Assembly (NCBI RefSeq): GCF_964213995.1
Contig: NC_135814.1
Coordinates: forward strand, 57,784,001-57,848,000
Reading direction: 5' to 3'
DNA from: Mustelus asterias
Taxonomy: Eukaryota
DNA length: 64,000 bases
Every line of letters starts with the position of its first letter. The first letter of the stretch is position 1. The position numbers and the translations under genes are program-made. Positions 40,831 to 52,600 of the stretch are shown here, in pieces. The notes below the pieces were generated by a model, which saw only the letters and a program-made list of their open reading frames with translations, had not been told where the DNA came from and did not search any database.

Positions 40831-43800
40831 ACAGGCGAATACATCCAGGTAGAGAAGAATCTGAGGACAGCCCCTGTCCTCAGCCGATCATCGTATGCCC
40901 GGATGCTCTGGGTTTTGGCCTCTGGGGTGGAATTGACAGTCTGATTAATAAAATGAACATTACAGCATTTCCCTGTACATTTAGCCAGATCATTATGTTC
41001 TGATTTTGCTTTGCTGTTCTTATCGGCTTCTGATAATAGCATCTTTCTCATCACACTTTTGCGTGAACGTGGGCGAGCATTGTAGGTAAATAGAAGCACT
41101 AAGTTTAACGGTTTGTTCTTTCAGAGCAGATGACTATATTTGCTGTATTTAGTCAGTCGGATTTGGAAACGCCATCATACGTTTTGTTGACAATGCGAAG
41201 TCGGATTTTTTGCAATCGCAATTTAATATTCCGACTTTTCCATATTTGTGTCTCTCTGTCTGCTGACCACCTCCGCCCAGCCTCTTGTCTGGTCATTGCT
41301 CATGTTATCTCTATTTACATACACCAATGCCGATAACTGGGGTGTCCAGTTTTAATTGCTGCCTTTCTCTGTCTCTCACTCCTGTTTAATCTGCACATAT
41401 TCGGATAACCTGAATGGAGTTTCTTTAGCATATCGTCCATTGGTTTATGTACTGAGTATTTCTGACGTTTAAGCACTGGAATGTATCTTTGACTTGTACA
41501 TCATCACAATTCTAATCAAGGACAATGCCATTTTCGCTAATATGTGTTGTATATGAGAATAAAGTTTTTTTTTAATGTTTTAAACTTTTTCACCAATTGA
41601 ATGATGTCTTTTGCGCGATCATCATTACTTGTAGATGATAACTTGATCTGGTTTTGAGGCAGTTTGGCTCTATGAGTGTGCATCTACCTCTGTCTCCCAC
41701 TCTCTCCAAGTGCATTACGCATTTATATGGTCCTTTTAATTTCCCGTAAAATATCCTATTTGCGTTTGTGTTGTGCGTTACGCAGGATACTTCCGTCAAA
41801 AAGTTATAAAAGCACGTTTTTCCTCAATCCTGTTTTCCTTCCAAACCAAATCATTGGCATATAGTCTTCAAAGTGATTTGCTAAGATTTATTTTAACCTC
41901 AATTTGAACTCCACACGGCAGGCATTTAGCTCGAAACAAGAGACTGCTAAAGGTTAATCCTTTACCTGTAGCTATTACCAATTTATCCCATGTCCACGGG
42001 CAGATATGAAGGCTAAGCAACATTTGCGGTTGGAAGTGTAATATTCCAGGGAGGATTTGGAAGATGGAGAATGTGTGTGGACCAGCTACTCTCGCTGTTA
42101 ATAGTGGTAGTAATGATGACGCTGATAGCCGTGATGATAATGATGATGAATTTGCTGTTGTTGTCATCATCGCCGTAGTTACTTTGGTTTTCGAAATCAA
42201 TGTTTACCGAGGAGAAGCGAAAGCCATGACCTAAGTTGCGAAATACACGCGTGAAATGTTAATTTAAGGCGTAACTGATCTGCAGTGTGACTATCACAGG
42301 ATAGTTTCTACCGAGATCCCCTTATGGGAAATGACAATGTAGCAAAAGCGTCCGAGATGCATAATTTATATTAAATAATGCATAAGCGGAACCTATATCA
42401 CTGCTGCTAAATGTTTTAATTAGTGCCGTGTCCCCTATGCCAATGGAATAAAAGCTGCAAGGCCCTTATCTTATATATCTGTATATATATATATATATAT
42501 TCGCATTTTTTTTTCCCAGATTATAATCGAAAATCCGTTTTCATATTCGTACCGCTTGCATTTACGCTCATTTTTGCATTTAAGCAAAACATCACCGGAC
42601 AATAAATGTCTAAAACAAGGGCAATGGAAAAGGGCAATAATATTGCAACGATTTATGGAAAGACATAAGAGACTAATTCTAATTATGGTTAAGAAAATGC
42701 ATTCAATATTATATTAAAACTTGCAATGTAAAAATTATGTTTTCTTCCCTAAGGGTTTCGTGTAACAACGGCGGATTCTGTAAAGTGCTGGAGACACCAT
42801 TTTAATGTTATTGTTTCCTAATAAAAAATTAATACAAGTTGGAAGAGATCATAAATAGCGTATTTAAATTGCTGGCGTAGGCGAAGAACGTTTTTTTACA
42901 ACGTGGGAAATGATTTGAGCACAAGTTAGCAAATGTGTCTTCTCGGTTGGCAAACATAATCAACCTTTTCGCGTTCTCGAAACAGCTCGTATGTTCGGAT
43001 CGTTACCTCAAAAACATACTAAAAAACAACTGGTGTATCTGGTACGAAATAAAGCACAACATTTCTGCAAAACAAGCATTTTTCAGAGATTGATGCTAAG
43101 ATGTTATTCATGCTTTATTTTGAACCTTGTTTGATAATATTATCTGCAGCCCGCCAATCAAAATGAATGAATGTTACGACGAATTAATTGCGAAGCTTTG
43201 CAGTAATCTTTGAGTGGAGTTGTTAGATAAACAAAGATGAACGGACTCGAAATTAAATGCACTCGCTCGAAATATCTGTCCTCTGGCGCCCTCATCTGTT
43301 TGCTTTGATTTTAACAGTCGCATTACTTTCAGAGAGGCTCCGAAAAGTTAATTTCTCTAAGAGCCAGCGGCTTTTGGATATACTGCACTACTTTAGAAAC
43401 CAAATTAAAACATTTGCTGTTCATATGAGTTACCTTTTTTTATTGATCACCGATTTTACGTCGACATAATTTGAAAAGTCTGCTCTAAGAGCAAAATTAA
43501 TATATTTACTGTTTTGTATTTACTTTCCGAATAAAACTGAACCTCTGGAATTTTGTTTTCCTATTTTATGGGTGAGAAGTTAGCTGGCTAACTAACAATT
43601 GACTTCTTGTGCCATTGTCAAAACAGGTGTACATGCATATCTTGAAATCTTCATTTTTATAAAGGGCAAGTGATGAGACAAAAATGGCGATTGGATGTAA
43701 CATTTTCATCAGATTTATCTCATAAGCTATAGTCTGCTGAAATTTCATTGTCGGTCCTGAACGCAAAATCTTTGTATGCCTGGTTGATGGTTAACTGGCG

Positions 43801-44809
43801 ACAGAATGCAGGATTATGTCAATTCTCTTTGACATTGGTATAATACTGATTAATGAATCTGAGCAAGAGTATTAAACACAATACAAAGAAAAGATAATGG
43901 CAAGGGCATTCTCTTGAAAAAATAGTTTGCATGATATCAAAATCCATGATCCCCGTCATTTACATTTTAATTGCCTTTAACACTGTGTGAAGGGAAAGTT
44001 TCAATCAGTCAGCAAAGCTGGTTAAAATTAATAAGTATGGTGCACCAGATTTCTGGACGCAGCGGTAGTCCACTTTAGCTAGCTCAAAGAAGGTTCACCG
44101 CAACAGACTAAATATTTGTTCGATCGTCTAATGCAGGTACCTCGAGGTGTAATTCTAGAGCGTTAAGGGTTATAGCAGGCAATAAAATGTCCTTAAATGC
44201 TTTTTGCCTGACGCAAGTTGCAATGTCACGAAAGAGGTTTATTCCAGATCACAGCTCACGATTCTACTAAACGATTGTTCAATTGTGTTGCTTGAGTTTT
44301 TTTTTTAAAACGGCACGTTTTTAAGTCTAAATGCCCCAAAATCAAATAGTGTCACCTGAGATCACCGGGGGAACGTCAGGCAAAGAAAAACCGAAAGAGT
44401 AAGGTGACACAAAATGATCGCAGAAACTCAACATTGACCTTGAGTCAACAGTACAATAACTACAGTCCAAGTGTGTCACTCTGTAACGCAACCCTGTCCT
44501 TGACGTTTGCTCACAAAGTTTAATTTGCAAAGAGTCCACACTGCGTTTTATTTACCAACTGCAGTAGAGTTACAGCAATAAAAAGATCAGGTAGTTTGGA
44601 CCAGGGTGTAGTTTGTGCACTTAATGGATCGTTTAGTTCCATTTCTGGGAGGTGGTAGTTAAAGTATTTGCTCAGTGCCTGCCACGCATATCATTCTCAA
44701 CGTTTGGAACAAAGAGAAATTTACGCTGGCAAGTAACGACAGAAAAATTGCAGAGGGATTATATTTGCAGGTGGCTGGATTGAACACAATCATTTAGTGA
44801 AGTTATAAG

Positions 44810-45332
44810 ATGGATGCGACTTCCCTGCAGTACAAACTGACGTTAGAGACATCTAGCGATAAAACAGGAATACTGCAAGATGAAGTGCGGCCTACGGAAA
44901 TGGCACCAGTACTTCCCACTAACTGTGGCATTTCTTCTGCTATCGTCCCACCGTATTTGAAAACCACTTCAAGTGGAAAGTGCCATGGTTTGTACTCCGA
45001 AGATATTTCGACTTGTGGATCGTTCGGAAGCGCAGATCGGGAGACAGTTGCTATGTCACCTGCGGCAGGACAATTCCCAACAAACCAGTTTCGAAATGAC
45101 AGTCATATATCTTCGTTTACTAGCTACCGGCACAACCTGTGCACCAGAAGTGAATACCCTACAAACTGCCCAATTTACCAACATTGGCCTTTAGAATATC
45201 CCCGGGCTGCACCTGGCCAGACAGATCCCAACAATCAGGGCATGGCTGCTTTTAGCCATTCTCAGTACTGCGAGGCACCGTTTACAGGAGGAGCGCTCAA
45301 CCCTACAATAGCCGGTGTCCCAAGGCATTTAG
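44810..45332 (+). CDS. hoxd14: HoxD14 exon 1
   Basis: ATG preceded by an in-frame TAG. Open for 523 nt to donor TTAG|GTCAGT. Phase 1 joins exon 2 in frame. Confidence 0.85.
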
Positions 45333-46074
45333 GTCAGTCTGACAGCACATTCTCATACACTGTATACCTGTCTTTCCGTGTTAGATAAGTTAAGAATTGC
45401 GATATATGTTTTAAAATATTGTCTTTCCCTGTCTCTTAGTAACACCAGGTGCTCTGTATTTTACTTTCGACTGTTGCACTTACTGTGAACTGGGCATTCC
45501 ATCTTCAAATGCCATTTTGGAAAAATATGCCCATTAAACTTTAGGAGATCTAAAATAGTCCGTTTTCCCTTAGGGCGGTTATAAATCTCAGGATATATCT
45601 TCAACACGAGAAATATATAAAAGGGAGTGGTTAGTTTATGTTAGTCCGACTTAATTCAATTGCTCGATCTTTATTTCTCAATGAAACATTTCAGAGATCA
45701 AAGCAAAAAATGTGCTTCGTGCATAAAATATCCAAATGCAGCAAAAAGATCAACTGAAAATGATTTACTTTGGAAAAATGTGAATTATTCATTCAAATGA
45801 ACAAGGGGAGGGTTGAGAACCCAAAATGTGTAAATTATTACGAATATGTTTGATATTAATTCTCGTCACTGGACAATACATTTATTTGAGGATAAATTAA
45901 CGAACATCAATTAAAATAAGCGATGGTGAATGACACTGTTGTACGCTTTGTTAACATGGGGTTCGTGTAGACAGGAAAACGATATAAGAAGGTAAAGACA
46001 TATACGCTGCTGAGAATGTCAGTTATTGTGTTCGTGCTAATTCAACACGTTGACGGATCTGTGTGTTTCCCCAG

Positions 46075-46256
46075 CTTTGGGATATGCATCTCAATGGTCC
46101 ACATCACAAAACCCGATACATAGACAAAGGAAAAAACGAATTCCTTACAGCAAACAGCAAATCGCTGAACTGGAAATGGCCTTTGAAAATAATCGCTTCC
46201 TCACTCCTGAAGTTCGATTAAACATATCGTTCAAGTTAGGATTAACAGAAAGGCAG
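46075..46256 (+). CDS. hoxd14: HoxD14 exon 2 (homeodomain residues up to 44)
   Basis: ttccccag|(A)LGYASQWST...[45 protein letters not shown]|gtaaga. Confidence 0.95.
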
Positions 46257-46411
46257 GTAAGAGAATCCCCTTCCATTTTCTACAGGACACACCTGTCCCC
46301 GCAACGCCGTCTCTCTTACTAGTCAACAGGTGGGCGCAGCTTCTCCGCTGGAATATTAAAGGGGTTATTGTTAACCACCTGCCATTTTCAAATGATCTGT
46401 CTGTTTTTCAG

Positions 46412-46501
46412 GTCAAAATATGGTTTCAGAACCAGCGGCAGAAAGAGAAAAAGCTTCTCCGCGTTCAACAATCGGTAAAGTCAGGTTATCCCGGACTGTG
46501 A
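46412..46501 (+). CDS. hoxd14: HoxD14 exon 3 (recognition helix and C-terminus)
   Basis: tttttcag|VKIWFQNQRQKEKKLLRVQQSVKSGYPGL*. WFQNQR plus a split homeobox between evx2 and hoxd13 indicates paralog group 14. Total 264 aa. AATAAA at 46961. Confidence 0.95.
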   Translation, partial: VKIWFQNQRQKEKKLLRVQQSVKSGYPGL

Positions 46502-47256
46502 AACCCGAACCTTTTCTCAAAGGAAGACTGGTTACAGAAACGTATATTCAGATGTGTAACGGCAAAGTCACGTCTCGTCAAATATCCATTCACGTCCATT
46601 ATTAGGCGTTTTTTCTTTCAATGTTTTTCGTTTAGAGCGGCACAAGAGCGAAAAGTTTTATGTAACATTGGTGTGAATTTTCTGTGCGAAACAGTACTAA
46701 AGGCGAGGAACAAGAAATATTTATACTTTGAGCCAAATTCGATTCTTAAAGAAAATGCGCAGCTTGATGTTCTAAAATAATGACTACCATTCATTATATA
46801 ATATGAATGCTTTTCTAAAGGTTTCCTTTAATGCTTAAATAATGATAACAATGATCTTGATTGCCAGGGAGATTGTTTCTTGGATAGTAAACAATGTTGT
46901 TGAAATTTGGAATGATTTGGAATGCATATAATCGTACAAAGTAATTGCGTGCTATATTCGAATAAATTTCTCAACTTTATGAAGGCCCTCCTTCAGTAAC
47001 ATTGAATTCAAAATTGCTTTAAAACATTTTTCTTATCTTCTGCTTCAAAAATGTATTAATTCACAGGCTTTAATCAAAGCACATAGTGGGATTCAATTGG
47101 AATAGACCAGCATTGGTTAGTTGGAGACAGCAATGTATTGATGTAAAAATATTAATATTCATGGCAATATTTAGCTTATGAAATAGAACGGATTTTAATC
47201 TGTCTAGACCATTTCCTCAATGGCTCATAATGCATTTGCTATTCTCCTCTTAGGTG

Positions 47257-47369
47257 CAGTTTTAAAAGCTGTACAGTTTAAAGGTTCTACAGTTTAAAAG
47301 TTATACAAATTAAAAGTTATACAGTTTAAAAGCTATTAAAATTAAAACTTAAACAGCTTAAAAGTTATA
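47257..47369. repeat. Minisatellite, about 7 copies of a 16-bp unit (CAGTTTAAAAGTTATA)
   Basis: Degenerate tandem units read directly. Confidence 0.85.
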
Positions 47370-48704
47370 TATTTTTCCTGTTGATTTGGGGATAACCACA
47401 GATCGGTTTTCGGAAAGAAATAGAACAATTGAAATTATGTTTCATTGCGGTGGTTACGGAGGCGGAGTACTTTGCTATGGATTATTGAGCTCAAAAGAAT
47501 AAATACTTTTGTTTAATACCACAGTGAGCTATAATGGAACAGAGTGCTTTGTTTAACTGTAGAGGTAACTGGAACATCGGTCAGCCAAACCGATCCATGC
47601 TGTCCAAGTGCAATGTACTGATATTTCAGGGTATATTCTGAGTGTAATATCTGCTTACTTCTGATTTGTTCCCAATCGTCCCAGCATATTTATCCGCCCA
47701 ATTTATTTACCTGTGTAAATGGCAATATATTTATCGTTGCTTCAGAGCTGGAATCAGCTCGTGGGCTTGGAATGAAAACTTCACGAGGAAAGGAAAATAC
47801 TTCCAAATGGCCTCTTTCTGCACTGGAGGGATTGTATTGACTCCAGACCCATCGGCCCATTTTCTGCTGTGGTGGTCATATTGTTTAATTGCAAAGGGCG
47901 TATACCAGAGATGTGTTTTTCAAACCAGACAGCATAAAGCCAAGACCCGTCTCTGGTACATCTTCAATATAAATAACTGAAAACAAAAGTCACAGGTGAC
48001 CAAGAAAACAAGCCATCACTTATAGCCCACCACATTCTCCCAATACAGGAAATAAAATCATGCTGCCGTTCACGTGCCTGAAAAGCGATTACCCAATGAT
48101 TAGAGAAGTTGCAAGGAAGAAATATATTTTGAGCGATTGTCGGTCACAATTTCTTAACTCGTAATTTGACCAAAAGTCTGATTTGAATTTCAAAAGCCAC
48201 ACTCTGATATCTATTGTACATGTCCAAAGAAATGTTTTAAAAGTATAGCAAGCCCCACAGTAATTGGAGTAAAATTATTGTAATTAGTGATTTACAATTA
48301 GTCAGTCGAATCAATTATTTCTCAGATGTTTCAGTTTTCAAGCTCCTGACTGAATATTTAAAAAGGCTGTTAAGTATCACATTTGCTTTTGAAAACCTTG
48401 AATTTTGTCACTTTCAAAATTATTCTCCACGAAAAATGAAAAATGGTTTGAAGCACAATTATTTTTATGTAGGGAAACAGCAGTTAATTTGGGAAAAGCA
48501 ATGCCCTACAAGATGCAAAGTAATGAATGACTAGCTAATCTGCATTCGGTGATATTGGTTGAACAATGCCAGAACAGCAACTTGCTTTGTTCAAACAAAG
48601 CCACGGCTTTCTCTCCCTCATTATAATTCTATGTAGGACTATGTAGGATTTCTGAAACAGAAATCTTTAAGACTTATATTCTTCAAGCAGCTATGGAATA
48701 TAAT

Positions 48705-49005
48705 CAGCATGATAACCAGAGAGTCATACTGCAGAGGAACAGACCCTTCGGCCGACCATTTACATGCCTACCATCAAATACCAATCTATACTAATCCCAT
48801 TTACCAGCACTTGCAATTTAAGTGCTCCTCCAGATGCTTCTTAAATGTTGCGAGAGTTCTCGCTCCACCACCCTCCCAGGCAGCGTGTTCCATATTTCCA
48901 TCACCCTCTGGATGATTGTTTCCCCCTCAGATCCCCCTAAACTACTTACTCCTCACGTTAAACCTATACCCTTTGGTCTTAGACAACTCTGCCATGGGGA
49001 AAATA
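48705..49005 (-). mobile_element. CR1-clade LINE 3' fragment inside the Hox cluster
   Basis: GACCCTTCGGCCGACC...CTCCACCACCCTCCCAGGCAGCGTGTTCCATATTTCCATCACCCTCTGG, similar to 21650-21960. Confidence 0.7.
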
Positions 49006-49404
49006 CATAATAATTGCTGTCTAATTCTCCTGACAGACAGACACTGGCGGAATAACAGTTAATGCCTTTAGATTCAAAATCTTATGTCTATGTTTGCTCC
49101 CTTTCAACGTTCCCATTGCAAATCCCTATGTCTACCTTTATAATAGAAACTGCCAATGCAAACTTACCAACTTGGAATCAGCCTCCCGCCGGGTGCGCAG
49201 GTAGCGCCATCATTGGTGGGAAATGATAACTGCAGCGTGACAGGTTTACATCTTTTGTTTCCAAATGATGAGGTGGGAATTTAAAATTTGTCACTTTAAA
49301 ACCAGGGTTTAGTTAGGTCTCCACCCCCTGTCCGTTTTTTTTTTCAACTGCCCTTCAATAAGGTTTCACTAGTTATCGACTTTGGCTGTGCGATAGTCTT
49401 GTAG

Positions 49405-49604
49405 TAAGAAGTCTCACAACACCAGGTTAAAGTCCAACAGGTTTATTTGGTAGCAAATACCATAAGCTTTCGGAGCGCTGCTCCTTCGTCAGATGGAGTG
49501 GAAATGTGCTCTCAAAGAGTGCACAGAGACACAAAATCAAGTTACAGAATACTAATTAGAATGCGAATCCCTACAGCCAGCCAGGTCTTAAAGGTACAGA
49601 CATA
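49405..49604 (-). mobile_element. Penelope terminal-repeat fragment E (non-hairpin) inside the Hox cluster
   Basis: Same family as A-D. Perfect 13-bp TSD GATAGTCTTGTAG at 49392-49404 and 49605-49617. Confidence 0.85.
49460..49496 (-). ncRNA. Minimal type I hammerhead ribozyme motif
   Basis: Minus strand: CCAU-CUGACGA-A-GGAGC(AGC)GCUCC-GAAA-GCU-U-AUGG, giving stem I, core, stem II and a palindromic AGCU stem III. Confidence 0.7.
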
Positions 49605-52600
49605 GATAGTCTTGTAGACATTTGCGTCAAATTGTATTCAAGACCATTGCAAATCGTGGGGAAATAGCTATTTCAGCAGTGAAAGGTTTAACAGACACAC
49701 GATTGTATAACATATTGTTCAATTTGTTTGTGCATCAGACAAATGTATAAATAGTAAGGAGCACGAGAATGGCATGCGGTCCAAACAATTGAAATTGGCG
49801 GTGGTTAATTTTACAAACCAAGCTGTCGAATTGATTTATTTTCTATATCAATCTAGAGCAAAACAAGACACTGGGATGAGTATATCTTCAACACTTCCTT
49901 TAACATCACTCTCCAGACTGGGATTTCTGCTTGAAAAAATTATGAAATTCTTTTGAATGCATTATGGAAGCACGTTTACGTCAATGCCACTCTAATTCGT
50001 TGGCAGAGGCATAGATTTTGTCATTGGGACTATATTTGAATTCCAGACACCCTATCAGCATACTGTTTTCCCGCTCATTGATAGATTATGTGCCTTGCCA
50101 GTGAAATACATTTTAGGTGACGGTTTGGGCTGCTACAGTTAAAGTCATTTCGTATAGAATATATAGTCCAAGGGAAAATGAACGTCTATCAGACCCCAGA
50201 TAGATTCTGTGGTACCTTTATAGAAGAGCTGGCTTCAGAAACTAACATTTTCTTTCAAAATGCAATAGTTTTTACCTGACGAAGTTTCACACAAACTTGT
50301 TGCTCCGTGTACTGTCAACCCAGCAGACAATAAGACGCATTCAGTTATATTTATCGCTCAAAGGAACGTGACACTATTTTAATAACACATAACACCCGCT
50401 TTTGAATTAAGCAAATATTTTATTTCTAAATATGATTATATTCTCTTCAGATACGCAGAACTTCAAAACTGTTGAAATATTTGTATTGAGTTCACTCTAA
50501 GATGCTTAGACCGTGTGATGACCGTGTGCTGCAATATATTTATATTGCAATAAATTATTTTTGTAGGTTCAACTGAAACATACGTGCAAAAGGTGAGGGA
50601 GGAGACTTTCACAACATCAAGTGATTAATTGGTTGCGAGCAATGTCAGATTAAAAATATATTTCGTCACCCTGATTATTGGTGACAGACTAAACCCATTT
50701 TATGTAGGTGCATTTTAACTGCAAGGGTAATTTTTCTGTATGTCTGAAACATCTCAAGCAAATTTCGATCTAGTTTTAGCAACTGTTTAGGATTTAATTT
50801 CAAAAACGTATGGTAAGTAATATGGTTGGAACTGTGACAGCTAGGGACAGTTCATACTTATTTTCCAATTGGGAAGAAAAAATATGGTGAACATTTTGTG
50901 GCGTGTAATCTGGTTTCATTCATGTATTAATATCAACCATTACGTTTGACTAAAAAGACATGTTTACGATATTGTGCTTTCAAACGGGACTCATATGACC
51001 TGTAACATAGTCAGTCTCACTTTAATAAATATTGCTAGCTGGATATATAAATTATCAACTTTTTTAAAACATCTATTATCGTTAACTAATTTTAGAGAAA
51101 ATCCCCTTAAGTACATACTTCCGCATTCTGAATTTCAAATTTAACATGCTTGCAGCTCAAGTTTCAGCGAGTAATTTTGCACGTACTATATTGTGTGGTC
51201 CCCTGCTCCACGAATTCAGGGTGCAAATAATCCAACAGTGGTTAGGATTCAGAAAAGCTTGTTTTCTAATAGTTACAATTAGAAAAATATGTAACAGGTT
51301 GTGTAAAAGAAAATAATCACTAATAATTCATAGCGATTGTTGACAATTATTTTTAAAATGGCAAGGTATAAAAAAAGAATTATCCATATAATCAGTTTCG
51401 AGCTTAAACCAGAAATTTTATTATTGTTTTATGGTAACAAATGGCTTGATGCGCCAAAGATCATTCAGAATAACACCTTACAAATATGTTAAACAATAAA
51501 TGCTATTTTCAATAACGCAAGTACCGGTTTGAATAGATCAAGTAAATCGCAGCAATGGAAAGAATATCAATTTTAATGATCAAAGAAGCATAAAGGACGT
51601 TTTATATTTCGGAGGAAGATTCCCCAGTCACGGCTGTCCACAGAATTCACAAAGCGACAGTGAAAAGTTGATGTTGAACTTCGCCGGGAATGGGGGCGGG
51701 GGGGGGGGGGGGGGGGTGGAGAGAGGAGTAGAGAATTGCTCGGAAGCAACATAATGTTCCAATAAATTCCCCCTTCTTTAAAAATGAAAATGTTGCAATT
51801 CTGTGAAGTGAATGATATCAGCACATGATAGTAAATAACATTGAGAAGAAGCAACATTCAAACAGCAACATTTTCTGTCACCCTTTGTCAACAACATGCG
51901 GATTGTTAATATTTACAACAACTGGCTCCCTCCTTTTGTTTTGTTCTGGGATACAAGCGAAGACGGCAAGGTCACATCTACTGCCCATCCCTAGCTTGGC
52001 TCGAAAATTGGTATCGGGCCTTCGCCATTAGCCTCTTGAATCTTGTTCCATTTTCGAGTGTCTTATTTGCCAAATGATTCAGAATCAGAAAGTTAACGCA
52101 CGTTCCTATATGTAAATTAGTGTTTAACTTTATATGGCACCACAGGTATTACTAACCTGACATGGTTTAGCAAGAGCATACAATTTTGCAAAGCTATGTT
52201 ATAATTCACAGCTAACTTCAATCTTTTGAAATGTTCACATAAATCCAACGGAGCTGTTGAGTTCTTTAAACCGCTATTTACCATCTTTCTTTTCCTCTCC
52301 CTCGCCCCCTCCCTCTCTCTCCACCTTGACCTTGGACTTCATCTACTTCCGGCAAGAACCCCTTTGTCTACATTGCCATTGATGCGACCAACTTGAGACA
52401 GCGACATACTTTTAAATCCGATCCTGCGCTTTGGCCGGAATTCTAAATAAAAGTAGCCATCCGAAATAAGTCGCTAGCACGTTTCTGCTTTCCTCTCACT
52501 GAAAATGGGAACTGCTCACTTGCTATTTGTTTTCGTTTTCTGACGAAAGACACGGCCCGCATGCTCTTAAATAAAGACGCTGCACCTATTCAAATTAGAT

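Noticed and set aside
40671-41099. 142-aa minus ORF upstream of evx2
   Set aside because: No recognisable homology; overlaps promoter sequence.
46289-46340. CTCF-like sequence and a 7-bp CACCTGT/ACAGGTG stem in hoxd14 intron 2
   Set aside because: About four mismatches to the CTCF core; the stem is short enough to be chance.
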